Counted from the first letter of the stretch, positions 50,550 through 60,631 are shown. The stretch: DNA of 64,000 nucleotides from Gemmatimonadota bacterium (GCA_036679645.1 JAZDCY010000060.1:1-64000); one strand, 5' to 3'. Notes: generated from the sequence alone by a model not told the origin. Made by a program: numbers and translations.

Positions 50550-50783
50550 ATGATTATCGCCATCCAGTACTGCGTCGTCTGAAACTACAAACCGCGAGCC
50601 GTCGGTCTGGCGGCTGAGCTTCGCGATCGCTACCACGATGCCGACGTGCGTCTGCTCGAATCTTCCGGGGGCGCCTTCGAGGTGACGGTCGACGGGGATC
50701 TTGTGTTCTCCAAGCTGGCGCTTGGCCGGCACGCGGAAGAGGGAGAGGTCGTAGGTCTCGTCGTCGAGCGGGTTGCGCGCTGA
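50550..50783 (+). CDS. SelW/SelT/SelH (Rdx) family selenoprotein, CxxU
   Basis: MIIAIQYCVV-TGA-NYKPRAVGLAAEL...SSGGAFEVTVDGDLVFSKLALGRH; the frame stays open past TGA 50580 and ends adjacent to the pfkA start. Confidence 0.9.
50583..50615 (+). promoter_or_regulatory. putative bacterial SECIS element
   Basis: Stem AGCCGTC/GGCGGCT with loop GGTCT, beginning 21 nt after the UGA. Confidence 0.7.
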
Positions 50784-51863
50784 GTGCGAGTTGCCATCTC
50801 GACGGGCGGCGGCGACGCCCCGGGCCTGAACGCCGTCATCCGGGCCGCGGTACTCGCCTCCCGACACAGAGGTTGGGATGTGCTGGGAATCCTGCGGGGG
50901 TTTGGCGGGCTGCTGGAGGCAGACGAGGTCATCCCGCTCGATCGGCTGGCGGTCCGCGGGATCACCCACACCGGCGGGACCATACTCGGGACCACGAATC
51001 GCGGGAACCCCTTTTCCTGGTCCGTGACGGAAGAGGATGGGTCGGTCGTGGTCCGTGACCGATCCGACGAGTGCCTCGCCACCTTTCGTGACCTTGGTCT
51101 CGACGCGCTCATCGTGGTGGGCGGTGACGGGACGCTGCGGATTGCCCACGAGCTCTGCAAGAAGGGGCTTCCCGTCGTGGGCGTGCCCAAGACGATCGAC
51201 AACGATGTGCGAGGCACGGTAGTGACGTTCGGGTTCGATACCGCCGTTACGACCGCTACGGACGCCATCGACAAGGTGCATTCCACGGCCGAGAGCCACG
51301 AGCGCGTGCTCGTGGTAGAAGTGATGGGCCGGAACGCGGGATGGATTGCCCTGCAATCGGGACTCGCTGGTACCGCGGACGTGATTCTCATGCCCGAGGT
51401 CGCTTACGACATCGCCAAAGTGTGCCGGAAGATCCGGGATCGGGAAGCCGAGGGCCGCAAATTCAGCATCGTGGTGGCCGCCGAGGGGGCGCGACCGGTC
51501 GGTGGATCGGTCGTCCTCAAGGAATCGGCAGTGGCGGGTCGCGAGCAACGTCTGGGCGGGATCGGGGAGCAGGTTGCTCGCGAGATCACCGCGTGCAGTG
51601 GGAAGGAAACGCGTACGGTGACGCTCGGGCACCTGCAACGAGGTGGCACCCCGACTGCCTACGACCGCGTGCTGGCCCTCCGGTTCGGTGCCGCGGCCGT
51701 ACGAGCGGTCGCGGCCGGCAAGTTCGGCTACATGGTCGCACTCGACCCCCCCGACGTGACGTTAGTCTCGTTTGAGCACGCGTTGGCCGGACCGCGTCCG
51801 GTCCCCCTGGACGGCGATACCGTCTGCACGGCTCGAGAGCTGGGAGTGTGTCTCGGAGACTAG
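50784..51863 (+). CDS. pfkA: 6-phosphofructokinase (group III type)
   Basis: TGGGDAPGLN, GGTILGT, GGDGT, PKTIDND, EVMGR, LGHLQRGG. Confidence 0.93.
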   Translation: MRVAISTGGGDAPGLNAVIRAAVLASRHRGWDVLGILRGFGGLLEADEVIPLDRLAVRGITHTGGTILGTTNRGNPFSWSVTEEDGSVVVRDRSDECLATFRDLGLDALIVVGGDGTLRIAHELCKKGLPVVGVPKTIDNDVRGTVVTFGFDTAVTTATDAIDKVHSTAESHERVLVVEVMGRNAGWIALQSGLAGTADVILMPEVAYDIAKVCRKIRDREAEGRKFSIVVAAEGARPVGGSVVLKESAVAGREQRLGGIGEQVAREITACSGKETRTVTLGHLQRGGTPTAYDRVLALRFGAAAVRAVAAGKFGYMVALDPPDVTLVSFEHALAGPRPVPLDGDTVCTARELGVCLGD

Positions 51864-54409
51864 CGGATATTCGCGACCACTTCCTCCCACCCGACCTCGA
51901 AGCCTACCGCCGCGCGGAGCCCCGGAGCGGCCGACTCATCGTCATCGCCCCGACGCGTGCCGCGTGTGAGACCATTGAGCTGGCGCTCCAGCTCCGGATC
52001 GAAACCGTCCTGGAGCGAGAACACGGTGGGGAGATTCGCTCACTCGCTGGTCGGCCGCACGGGTTCGGTATCGTTGCTGGGACGGGAACGGGAAAGACGC
52101 TCGCGATCCGCCCGATCGCCGAGGAGATCCTGCAGTCGGCCCTCAGGATGGGTGTGGTCAATCGCGAACGGGAGGCGACGCCCGAGACGCCGACCTGGAA
52201 TGTCGTCATCGTTACCACCGGGATCGCGCGCCGCTGGTTCCAGAACGACCTGATCGATCAGCACGACACGCTCGTGGTCGACGAGATTCACCAGACCTCG
52301 GCAGAGCTCGAGTTGTGCCTCGCCCTGGGCAAACGCGTGGGATGTCGGTTCATCTGGCTCTCCGCCACTGTGGATCCCACGTTCTACGCGAATTACCTCG
52401 AGTCGGTCGAGGTGCTCGAAACGTCGGCGTTCGATCCCGACCTGGCGGCCACCGTGACCACGACACCACGCGAGCCGCTCGAATTCCTGGATGCGCGGTT
52501 CATCAAGCGCGTAGTGCGCGAACGGCGGGGTGTTGCGGTGTTTGTTCCGACCCGCGCGGAGGTCGAGCAGGTCGCGGCCGATCTGCGCGCCGCGTTCCCA
52601 CAGATCGAGACGGCCTTCTATCACGGCGGCGAGCCGATTCGAGTGATCCGCCCGTTTCTGGAAGGGACGGCGGAGCGGCCCTTTGTGCTGGCGATGACTG
52701 CGGCAGGACAGTCCGCCCTGAACATCTCCGGTCTCGATACGGTCGTGATCTCGGACGCGCGTTACACCAATCTGGTCCAGCGTGGCCGCAACGTGCTCAC
52801 GCGGCAATACCTCGGTGCTAACGAGGTACTGCAGATGGCGGGCCGCGTGCACGGGCGGGTCCCGAATGGTGAGGTGTTCATCCTGACGGACCGTGACCTC
52901 GAGTTCGACGCGCTGAAGCCTACCCCGCCCGAGTTCCAACTCGCCGGCGATTCGGAGCGAGTGGCGCTGACGGCGGCCGCGATTGGGGTCGACCTGGAGG
53001 AATTGGACCTGCCGGTACCGCTCGACCAGCGAGCGTATCGCGCGGCGGTGCAGGAGCTTACCGAACGGGGCATCATCGCTAACGGGAGGCTCACCGAGTA
53101 CGGCACGAGTGTGGAGGCGATGCCGGTCGAGCGTCCGTGGGGAGAGTTGCTCGTGCACGCCGATGAGTCACTCCGTCCCGTCGTCGCGGTGAGCGCCAAC
53201 ATCGAGTCGCTCCATCGCATGACACGAGACGAACGGGACCTGCGCGGCCTCACCGTGCGGAGGAGCGACCATCTCACCGCCTACCAGGTGTTCGCCGGGG
53301 CCGTGAACGAACACGGGTACATTGGCAAGGTCTACGATCTCGACCGTCACCTGTTCCGGGAGACGATCGATGAGTGGGCCGAACGACGCGGTGTGCTCGT
53401 GAAGGCGCTCGAAGACGCGGCGCTGGGCACCGCGGCCGTCTACCGGACGCTCGAGCGCCAGCTACCGGCCACGCTGCCGCGCATGGGCGGTGAACTGCAA
53501 CGGGCTTTCCGCGAGCTGGTGGCGCGCGTCATGCCATTCGATCTGGTGATTGAGCAGGAGACGGCGGAGGGCGAGCGCGTGCGTGTATCGCGGGGATCGC
53601 TCTGCGCCCCGCACGGCGCCGTGGCGGGCAGCATCCGCTACTTCGCTGACCGCTTTGGGGTGCCGCGCGGAGCCATCGAGGGCACCAACATCGGGTTCGA
53701 TCTCATCCAGCAGCACGCGCGGCGCGGTGCGCCAACCGTTCGCGTGCGGACGACGGGTGGCAAGATCGGTCTCGTCACCGAACAGACGACCCGGTACAGC
53801 GGGTTCGAGTTGGACCGCAAGCGTCAACCGCTACGCGGCCGGTTTCCCGCGGACCTAGCTGTTCAAGCACGGCTCGCCATTGCAGAGGCGGTCGTGGCCG
53901 GCCGGACGCAGCATCCCGACCAGAAGCGCCTGTCCCGTTCGCTCGCGCGGATCGACGAGTACTGGCGCCGCTCCGGCGGAACCATCGAGAGCGCGAGCCA
54001 GGACCACGTTGCCAGTGTCCTGGCGGGCCAACTCCGCGAGATCGAAAGTTGGGAGGACTTCTCGGGGGTCTCACTCCGGCTCGATTCAGGCGAGTTCGTG
54101 GACCCCGGGCGCCAGCAAGAGCTCGACGCCCTCCCTGCGTCGATGCATCTCCTGGGCGATCGCCTCCCGCTGCTCTACGAGGTGGAAGGCGGGGCTGCGG
54201 TGGTCCGGCTCCACTTGCGCGAGGGGAAAGCTCGCCGTGTCCGGCGCCGCGATCTCACGACGCTGGACCGGCCGCTGCGGTTCACGGTGTTGCGGGGCCG
54301 TACGGAAGTGCTTCGGGCGGCGTCGTTTGACGAACTGAAAGAGGGACTCGAGCGGCTCCCCGCCAAGAAGCGCCGGGGAAACCACCCGCGGCGCCGTCGG
54401 CGGCGGTGA
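51848..54409 (+). CDS. DEAH/RHA-like SF2 helicase (HrpB-like)
   Basis: GTGTGKT, DEIH, SAT, FVPTR, QMAGRVHGR. Confidence 0.85.
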   Translation: MSRRLADIRDHFLPPDLEAYRRAEPRSGRLIVIAPTRAACETIELALQLRIETVLEREHGGEIRSLAGRPHGFGIVAGTGTGKTLAIRPIAEEILQSALRMGVVNREREATPETPTWNVVIVTTGIARRWFQNDLIDQHDTLVVDEIHQTSAELELCLALGKRVGCRFIWLSATVDPTFYANYLESVEVLETSAFDPDLAATVTTTPREPLEFLDARFIKRVVRERRGVAVFVPTRAEVEQVAADLRAAFPQIETAFYHGGEPIRVIRPFLEGTAERPFVLAMTAAGQSALNISGLDTVVISDARYTNLVQRGRNVLTRQYLGANEVLQMAGRVHGRVPNGEVFILTDRDLEFDALKPTPPEFQLAGDSERVALTAAAIGVDLEELDLPVPLDQRAYRAAVQELTERGIIANGRLTEYGTSVEAMPVERPWGELLVHADESLRPVVAVSANIESLHRMTRDERDLRGLTVRRSDHLTAYQVFAGAVNEHGYIGKVYDLDRHLFRETIDEWAERRGVLVKALEDAALGTAAVYRTLERQLPATLPRMGGELQRAFRELVARVMPFDLVIEQETAEGERVRVSRGSLCAPHGAVAGSIRYFADRFGVPRGAIEGTNIGFDLIQQHARRGAPTVRVRTTGGKIGLVTEQTTRYSGFELDRKRQPLRGRFPADLAVQARLAIAEAVVAGRTQHPDQKRLSRSLARIDEYWRRSGGTIESASQDHVASVLAGQLREIESWEDFSGVSLRLDSGEFVDPGRQQELDALPASMHLLGDRLPLLYEVEGGAAVVRLHLREGKARRVRRRDLTTLDRPLRFTVLRGRTEVLRAASFDELKEGLERLPAKKRRGNHPRRRRRR

Positions 54410-54410
54410 G

Positions 54411-55007
54411 CTAGGCCGGAGTTCCCAACGACAGCAGGCCTGCCCAGAACGCCGCGTACCCGGCTTCGAGGCCGGTGGGGGGCATGCCGGCATCGAGTTG
54501 GTGCCCGAATCCCGCCACCACCGCGGCAAGCAAGGCTCCCAGCTCCCCCGGTGGGACGGCAGCGGTCAGTCCAATCCTGCTGAAAAGAGCCTCAATGGAA
54601 GCAGCCAGGCACTTCGCAAACGCGGCGCTCGCCTCCTTGACTGCCTGGACAGTCACCTCTCCCTGCTCGACCGCTAGTGACGCGGACGCGGTGGCAACGC
54701 CGGTTCTTGACTCATTGGCCAATAACTGCCAACTCGCGTCAATTGCCTGTTTGGGGTCGGTCGCCGCGAGTGCCTCGTGCCAGTTGTCGGCCCGGTCGGC
54801 CCAGATGCGCGAGGCGGCGGCGGCAAACAGCCTGTCTTTGGTCTTGAAGTGATAGTGTACGAGTCCCTTAGCACTTCCCGCCTCCCGCGCCACCTCTTCA
54901 ACCGTCACTCCCGCCGCAGGCTCCCTGCAGAGGGTTCGAACGGCCGCCGTTAGGATGTCGTCCTTGGTCTTCTTCGCCCGTGTTTTGGGCGCCGCCTTCT
55001 TGGGCAT
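54411..55007 (-). CDS. TetR/AcrR family regulator
   Basis: VTVEEVAREAGSAKGLVHYHFKTK. Confidence 0.88.
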   Translation of the reverse strand: MPKKAAPKTRAKKTKDDILTAAVRTLCREPAAGVTVEEVAREAGSAKGLVHYHFKTKDRLFAAAASRIWADRADNWHEALAATDPKQAIDASWQLLANESRTGVATASASLAVEQGEVTVQAVKEASAAFAKCLAASIEALFSRIGLTAAVPPGELGALLAAVVAGFGHQLDAGMPPTGLEAGYAAFWAGLLSLGTPA

Positions 55008-55028
55008 TGCTCCCCCGATCCTTCGTTA

Positions 55029-55046
55029 CCTGACTAATAGGTCAAG
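55029..55046. promoter_or_regulatory. putative TetR operator
   Basis: CCTGACTAATAGGTCAAG, an imperfect palindrome (TGAC-N6-GTCA) just upstream of tetR. Confidence 0.55.
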
Positions 55047-55202
55047 ATAAGCAAGATGAGGCAAAGCGCCAAGGACGATTGCGTTGGATGGCCGGACAAT
55101 CAACATGCACGCAGATCAGCCCTCGTTCCGCCCCTCCGCCCCTGCGCATTCCCGCCATTTCCATTGTGAAACTCGCCGTCGCCTGAGACGTATGGCCAAG
55201 GT

Positions 55203-55646
55203 ATGAGCGGGACGAGCACACCGAGCGGGGCCACGCTGTTTTCGCCGCTGGCCCGGACTGTCATGGATCGGTTCCACGAGGCCGTCGTTCTTTTTGACGG
55301 CGACGGCAGGTTGAGCTACGCCAACCGGCCCGGTCGGGCGGCGCTCGACATCGTCGCGGGAGAGAACGGCCTGAATAGCAGGTCGTTGCTCCAGAAGTTG
55401 GGACGACTCGGGGCGCGCATCGAGCGACTCGAAGTTGGCGAGATGGTGCTGGGGCACGCGGTCTATCTCTCCAAGCCACACGCGAACACGCTGGCCGAGC
55501 AGGAACGCCACGCGATCGTCGAGACGTTGCACGCTACCGGATGGCGTCTTACCGAAACGGCCAGACGACTCGGTATCTCCCGCACCACCCTCTGGCGGCG
55601 TCTCAGACAATACGGAGTGCGGCCGCGGGAGGCGGGTACGGAGTAG
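55203..55646 (+). CDS. PAS-like + Fis-type HTH protein
   Basis: EAVVLFDGDGRLSYAN; TLAEQERHAI...TARRLGISRTTLWRRL. Confidence 0.82.
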   Translation: MSGTSTPSGATLFSPLARTVMDRFHEAVVLFDGDGRLSYANRPGRAALDIVAGENGLNSRSLLQKLGRLGARIERLEVGEMVLGHAVYLSKPHANTLAEQERHAIVETLHATGWRLTETARRLGISRTTLWRRLRQYGVRPREAGTE

Positions 55647-55648
55647 CT

Positions 55649-57844
55649 ATGCGTAGGTGGGCGCTCGCCGTCCCCACCCTTCTGGTACTCGTGAGTGCCA
55701 GTCTCTCGGGCCAGTCGCCCGATACCACGACCTACGCCAACCGCGCAACGGCGGATCTAGTTGCCCTCGCGCGCCTCCGCCACCTGCGACAAGACTCACT
55801 GGTTCACGATTACCGCGCGGTGATAACCACGCGCATGGACGCTTCGGCGGGCCGCAGTCGATTTGCGCGGATGCTGCCACTCATCGCGCATGAGACGGCG
55901 GCCCGCGTTACCTGGCGCCGGCCTAACGATCTCAAGCTGGACGTGCTCGGTGTACGGGCGCGCTCGATCTTCCGAGGCGTGAATGCAGAGGTCGCGTACG
56001 ACCGGCCTTGGTTCGTGCCGCGCGCGCTCGGTGATTCGATCACGCTGATGGGAGTGCCCGAAACGGCGGCCCTCCATCCGCTGGCGCCGGGTGCGGAAGA
56101 CATCTACCACTATGCCGTCACCGACTCGGTCATCATCTCTCTGCCGGGCCGAACGATCCGCGCCATCAAGATCCGCGTCCAGCCCAAGACCTTGGGGCCC
56201 TCGATGGTGGCTGGCGACATGTGGGTCGACGCAGTGTCGGCTGATGTCGTGCGCTTGATGATCACTTTCCTTGGGGAGTATCTCTGGGACACTCCCAAAG
56301 AGGGGGCGACCGCCGAGGACTCGGCGGACGTGCGGAACGACAACAAGTGGGCGCAGCGGTTTGTGACGGTGCAGGCGGATCTTGAGTACTCACTGCTCGA
56401 GAATCGCTACTGGATGCCGTATCGCCAGCTGCTCGCCATCACGGTGGAGGTCAACTTCCTCATTCAGGGTGCGTTGCCGGTACGCGCCCTTACGACGTTC
56501 CGCGACTACGAGGTCAACGTCGATCCGGTGCTCGCGTTCACCGTGGCAGGCGATAGCCTCGAGGAGAAAACTCGGGAAGAGATCCACTGCGGGGACGCGC
56601 TCGATGATGGGCCAGTGTGTCCGGAGGACGTGGGTCGGGACGAGCGACGCGAGTTGTTCGGGTACGCGCGGTCGGGGTTGTGGTCGGGTGGCCGGTGGGA
56701 GGTATCGATCCCGCCGCAGGAATCGCTCGCGACGTACGCATGGCGCGACTCGCTCGATTTCGAGATGGATGAAGATGTTGCCGAGCGCATTCGCCAGGCC
56801 ATCGCCGATCTCGAGACGATGGTGGAAGATCTTCCCCCCGAATGGGTGGCACGGCAACGGTACGGCCTGGCGTGGGACAAACTCGCCGACATCGCTCGGT
56901 TCAACCGCGTGCAGGGGACGTCGTTCGGGTTGGGGTACGAGGTGCGACCAGGTCCGCGGTTCACGGTCTTTCGTGGCTCAGCGCGGTTCGGCATCTCCGA
57001 TCGTCGATTCACGGGTTCGCTGACGTGGCGTCGCGACGGGCCGGGCGGTGCCCTGGAGATCAGTGCGTACCGATCGATCCTCGAAGTCGAGCCGTGGACC
57101 ACCGGGCAGAGCCTCGGCAACTCGCTCAACGCGGTGTTCGCGGGTCACGATGACGCCGACTACTTCCTGGGTCATGGCGGCGAGCTTTCCTTCTACGCGT
57201 ACACGGGCCGGCTGCACGATACGCGGTTCGCCGTCGCGTTTGAGCGTCACGATGCCATCCGCACACGCGCAGGATCCTCTATCAACAACGCGTTGGGTGG
57301 ACCGGGTGTCTTTCAGCTAAACCCGTCCGTCATCGAGGGCGAGTTCGTGCGCGCATCTATCAGGCCTTCGTGGCGAATCGGTCGCGCACGCATTACGGCG
57401 GGCATCGAGGGGATGGCGGGCGATGGCCTGGCCGGCGGTCGCGGATGGGCGGCGGCACGCGTGCCGTTTGCCATCATGGGGCGCACGGGCGCCCTTTCGC
57501 TCCGGGGTGGGCACACGGCGGGCGATTCCCTGCCGCAACTCCGGTTCAGAGTCGGTGGTCCCGCGACCGTGCGCGGTTACGATTACGGTGCGTTACGCGG
57601 TGAGGGGTTCTGGTCGGCGCAGTTGGATTTCGCGCTGACGCAAGAGTGGGCCCTGGCACCCGTTGCGTTCATCGATGTGGGCGACACGTTCGCCTTCGAT
57701 GAGCGGTTTGATGCCAATGATGCCCTCGTCGGCGTCGGTGTCGGCGCGTCGCTCCTCAATGGGTGGCTCCGATTCAACCTCGCGAAACCGCTGAATTCCT
57801 CCGGTTCCGTGCGGTTCGATCTCTTGTTTGGAGCGCCCCGCTAG
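55649..57844 (+). CDS. large secreted/outer-membrane protein with Omp85-like C-terminal barrel
   Basis: Signal peptide; RFNRVQG; GGPATVRGY; FIDVG...GVG...LRFNLAKP. Confidence 0.75.
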   Translation: MRRWALAVPTLLVLVSASLSGQSPDTTTYANRATADLVALARLRHLRQDSLVHDYRAVITTRMDASAGRSRFARMLPLIAHETAARVTWRRPNDLKLDVLGVRARSIFRGVNAEVAYDRPWFVPRALGDSITLMGVPETAALHPLAPGAEDIYHYAVTDSVIISLPGRTIRAIKIRVQPKTLGPSMVAGDMWVDAVSADVVRLMITFLGEYLWDTPKEGATAEDSADVRNDNKWAQRFVTVQADLEYSLLENRYWMPYRQLLAITVEVNFLIQGALPVRALTTFRDYEVNVDPVLAFTVAGDSLEEKTREEIHCGDALDDGPVCPEDVGRDERRELFGYARSGLWSGGRWEVSIPPQESLATYAWRDSLDFEMDEDVAERIRQAIADLETMVEDLPPEWVARQRYGLAWDKLADIARFNRVQGTSFGLGYEVRPGPRFTVFRGSARFGISDRRFTGSLTWRRDGPGGALEISAYRSILEVEPWTTGQSLGNSLNAVFAGHDDADYFLGHGGELSFYAYTGRLHDTRFAVAFERHDAIRTRAGSSINNALGGPGVFQLNPSVIEGEFVRASIRPSWRIGRARITAGIEGMAGDGLAGGRGWAAARVPFAIMGRTGALSLRGGHTAGDSLPQLRFRVGGPATVRGYDYGALRGEGFWSAQLDFALTQEWALAPVAFIDVGDTFAFDERFDANDALVGVGVGASLLNGWLRFNLAKPLNSSGSVRFDLLFGAPR

Positions 57845-57877
57845 CGATCCTCTATCTGCCCCTCTACGTTCCCGACC

Positions 57878-58342
57878 ATGGCCGAAGCACCGTTTACCAT
57901 TGACGAATACGTCCGCTGGTCGGATGTGGACTACGCCGGGATCATCTTCTACGGTGCGTATGTCCGCTTCTTCGAGATCGCCGAGACCGAGCTGTTCCGA
58001 CAAGCGGGTCTACCGTATGGCGAGGTGTTCGATCGTTTCGATATTTGGCTACCGCGTGTACACCTCGAGGCCGATTTCAAGTATCCGGCCCGGCTCGACG
58101 ACGCCTTGCGGGTGGCGGCGTACATTCCACGGTTCGGGACTAGCTCCGTGAGGCTCAACTTCGACGTGCTGCACCTCGAGACCGGCAAGCTCGCGGCACT
58201 TGGCCACGAGGTTCTCGTCTGCACTGACCGCACGACGATAACAGCGCGTCCCCTCCCGGACGCACTGCGCGCTGCATTAGACGGTTTCTCCATGTCGCCC
58301 GAGGAGGCACGCGAGCGCATGGGCGTGAGTGGGGTAGTGTAG
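57878..58342 (+). CDS. acyl-CoA thioesterase (4HBT/YbgC hotdog family)
   Basis: VRWSDVDYAGIIFYGAYVRFFE, FKYPARLDD. Confidence 0.9.
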   Translation: MAEAPFTIDEYVRWSDVDYAGIIFYGAYVRFFEIAETELFRQAGLPYGEVFDRFDIWLPRVHLEADFKYPARLDDALRVAAYIPRFGTSSVRLNFDVLHLETGKLAALGHEVLVCTDRTTITARPLPDALRAALDGFSMSPEEARERMGVSGVV

Positions 58343-58974
58343 TGAAGTGGGTGGGGACTGTCGCGATCGCGGCGCTTGCGGCCTGTGGGCCTGAGTCGCC
58401 ACAGATTACCGAGTCGGACACGCTTGAGGTGGCGGACGCCTCGATCGACTGGCGCACGGCGGAACTGCCCGCGTATCCGGACTATCCGGACCACAGAGGA
58501 GGGCGTCTGTCCGCACGCGCGGTTGGGGTAACGGATTTCGACGACGCGTGGCGCGCCCACGCCGTGCGGTGCGCGGCTCCGGCGAGGCTTCTTCTGATCG
58601 CGGAGGACGAGGAGGGCGGTGTGTCTGTGCTGCTCGAGATTCCGGATGCCGAAACCGTGGTCGGCGCGTATCCGGTGCACAGCGGAGATCCGCGCGATGT
58701 GCCGGAGCCCCCGGCTGCCGATGTCGGGTTTCAGTTCTTCGAGGAGTTCGGGGCGAGCGCGTACCAGGCATCGGCCGGGACGGTCCAGATCAATCGGTTC
58801 GACGGGCGCGTCAGCGGGCGTTTTCGGTTGGAGATCGAGCACATACGGACTGCGGAGCGCGCGCGGGTCTCGGGCACGTTCGAGCGTGTCAGGGTGGACA
58901 GCGCCGCAGCCGTCCGCTGCGCCCGAGCGGGCGAGCATGCCGACTCAGTCGACGCGTTGGGAGGGGAATCGTAG
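58342..58974 (+). CDS. hypothetical lipoprotein
   Basis: LAAC lipobox; start overlaps the thioesterase stop. Confidence 0.7.
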   Translation: MKWVGTVAIAALAACGPESPQITESDTLEVADASIDWRTAELPAYPDYPDHRGGRLSARAVGVTDFDDAWRAHAVRCAAPARLLLIAEDEEGGVSVLLEIPDAETVVGAYPVHSGDPRDVPEPPAADVGFQFFEEFGASAYQASAGTVQINRFDGRVSGRFRLEIEHIRTAERARVSGTFERVRVDSAAAVRCARAGEHADSVDALGGES

Positions 58975-59009
58975 CATGTCGATCACTGCGTGGGACACGG
59001 GACACTGAG

Positions 59010-60194
59010 ATGACGTATTTCCGGAAAGGATTCGGACTCAAGCGCGAGATCGAAGGAGACCTCGCGGCGTATCACAGCGACCTCGTTTCGGCCATCCGCG
59101 AGCAGGACTACACGCTTGCGGTGGGCGATCTCACAATCCGACTCGCAGGAGAATTCGGATTCTGCTACGGCGTGGACCGCGCCGTAGAGTACGCGTACGA
59201 GACACGGCGCAAGTTCCCAGACCGGCGGCTCTTCCTCGTGGGTGAGATCATCCACAACCCGCACGTGAACGATCGGCTCGCGGCGCTGGGCATCACGATC
59301 ATTGGATACGACCCGAGCGGGGAGTTCGATTTCTCGGCCATTGGGGAGGATGACGTCGTGTTGATGCCGGCGTTCGGGCTGAGCGTTGGGAGCTTTAGGA
59401 CGTTGCGCTCCATCGGGTGCGTCGTCGTCGATACGACCTGTGGCTCCGTGCTGAACGTGTGGAAACGCGTGACACGCTATGCGAAAGATGGGTTCACCTC
59501 GCTAGTGCATGGCAAACACTACCACGAAGAGACCAAGGCGACGGTCAGCCAGGCCACGCAGTTCGATGGGGGCAGGTACCTCATTGTGCTGAACATGGAA
59601 GAAGCGAAGATCGTGTGCCGGTTCATCGAACAGCGGGACAACGTCGAGGAGATGGAGGCGACGTTCCGGCACAAGGTGTCCGCGGGATTCGACGTCGAGC
59701 GCGATCTTGTCCGGATTGGCGTAGCCAATCAGACCACCATGCTCGCTAACGAATCATTGGCGATTGCCAAGCGCGTTGGTGAAGCACTCGAGCGCCGCTA
59801 CGGGGCCGCCAAAATCGACGAACACTTCCGCAGCTTCGATACGATCTGTTCGGCCACACAGGAACGGCAAGATGCGGTACTGGATCTGATCGACGAGCCA
59901 CTCGACGCAATGATCGTGATTGGGGGCTACAACTCCAGCAACACGAACAATCTGGCCAGGATCTGTGCCAAGAGCGTCACGACCTATCACATCGCGGGCG
60001 CGCGCTGCATCGAGCCCGAGAGCGGGTGCATTCTGTTCAAACCCGTCGACTCAAAGGAAGAAACTGTTCTCGAGAACTGGCTCGAGGGCGTCGATCGGAT
60101 CGGCGTGACCGCTGGCGCATCCACACCCAATAACAAGATTGGCGAAGCGATCGAGCGTATCCTCGAGACGAAGGGCCTGACGCTCCCCGCCTAG
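59010..60194 (+). CDS. ispH: 4-hydroxy-3-methylbut-2-enyl diphosphate reductase
   Basis: FGFCYGVDRAV, IIHNP, DTTCG, HEET, NQTTM, DTICSATQERQ, GYNSSNT, TAGASTP. Confidence 0.95.
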   Translation: MTYFRKGFGLKREIEGDLAAYHSDLVSAIREQDYTLAVGDLTIRLAGEFGFCYGVDRAVEYAYETRRKFPDRRLFLVGEIIHNPHVNDRLAALGITIIGYDPSGEFDFSAIGEDDVVLMPAFGLSVGSFRTLRSIGCVVVDTTCGSVLNVWKRVTRYAKDGFTSLVHGKHYHEETKATVSQATQFDGGRYLIVLNMEEAKIVCRFIEQRDNVEEMEATFRHKVSAGFDVERDLVRIGVANQTTMLANESLAIAKRVGEALERRYGAAKIDEHFRSFDTICSATQERQDAVLDLIDEPLDAMIVIGGYNSSNTNNLARICAKSVTTYHIAGARCIEPESGCILFKPVDSKEETVLENWLEGVDRIGVTAGASTPNNKIGEAIERILETKGLTLPA

Positions 60195-60340
60195 GGACCC
60201 CACATCTTCGGCCGGCTCTTCGTGATCTCCTTCATGATCTTCATGACGGCGCGGCAGTCCTTGCGCCGCTCGTCATCGGCGATCGACTTGACGAAATCCG
60301 TCACGCTGCGCTCGGTCGGCTTTGTCTTGAGTTTGGCCAT
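60191..60340 (-). pseudogene. 5' fragment of a DUF1801 (YdhG-like) gene
   Basis: GGAGG RBS; MAKLKTKPTERSVTDF...RRKDC...PKMWGP, then an immediate TAG. Confidence 0.75.
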
Positions 60341-60382
60341 CGTCGTCCTCCTAGGGTAACTCCATCGCGGCATCGTGCTTGG

Positions 60383-60622
60383 TTGTACGTGAAACTGTAT
60401 CGTGGACGGCCGAATGGCCAGCAGCGGGAGGTGCCGCTACTCGTGTTGTCGACAAGGGCGCCGTTCTCGGACTTGTACTCGGAGGATTACCAGGCGTTCG
60501 TGCGGAAGCTCGCGCCGCACGCCACGTTCCAGGTCTGGGAAGACATCTCACACTTCGTCATGATGGAGGATTCGGAGCGGTTCGAGCGCCTGCTCGTGAA
60601 CCTGCTGGCCTCGCTCCGGTGA
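60383..60622 (+). pseudogene. 3' fragment of an alpha/beta hydrolase
   Basis: VPLLVL...APHATFQVWEDISHFVMMEDSERF (catalytic His region only; no nucleophile elbow). Confidence 0.65.
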
Positions 60623-60631
60623 AACCGGACG

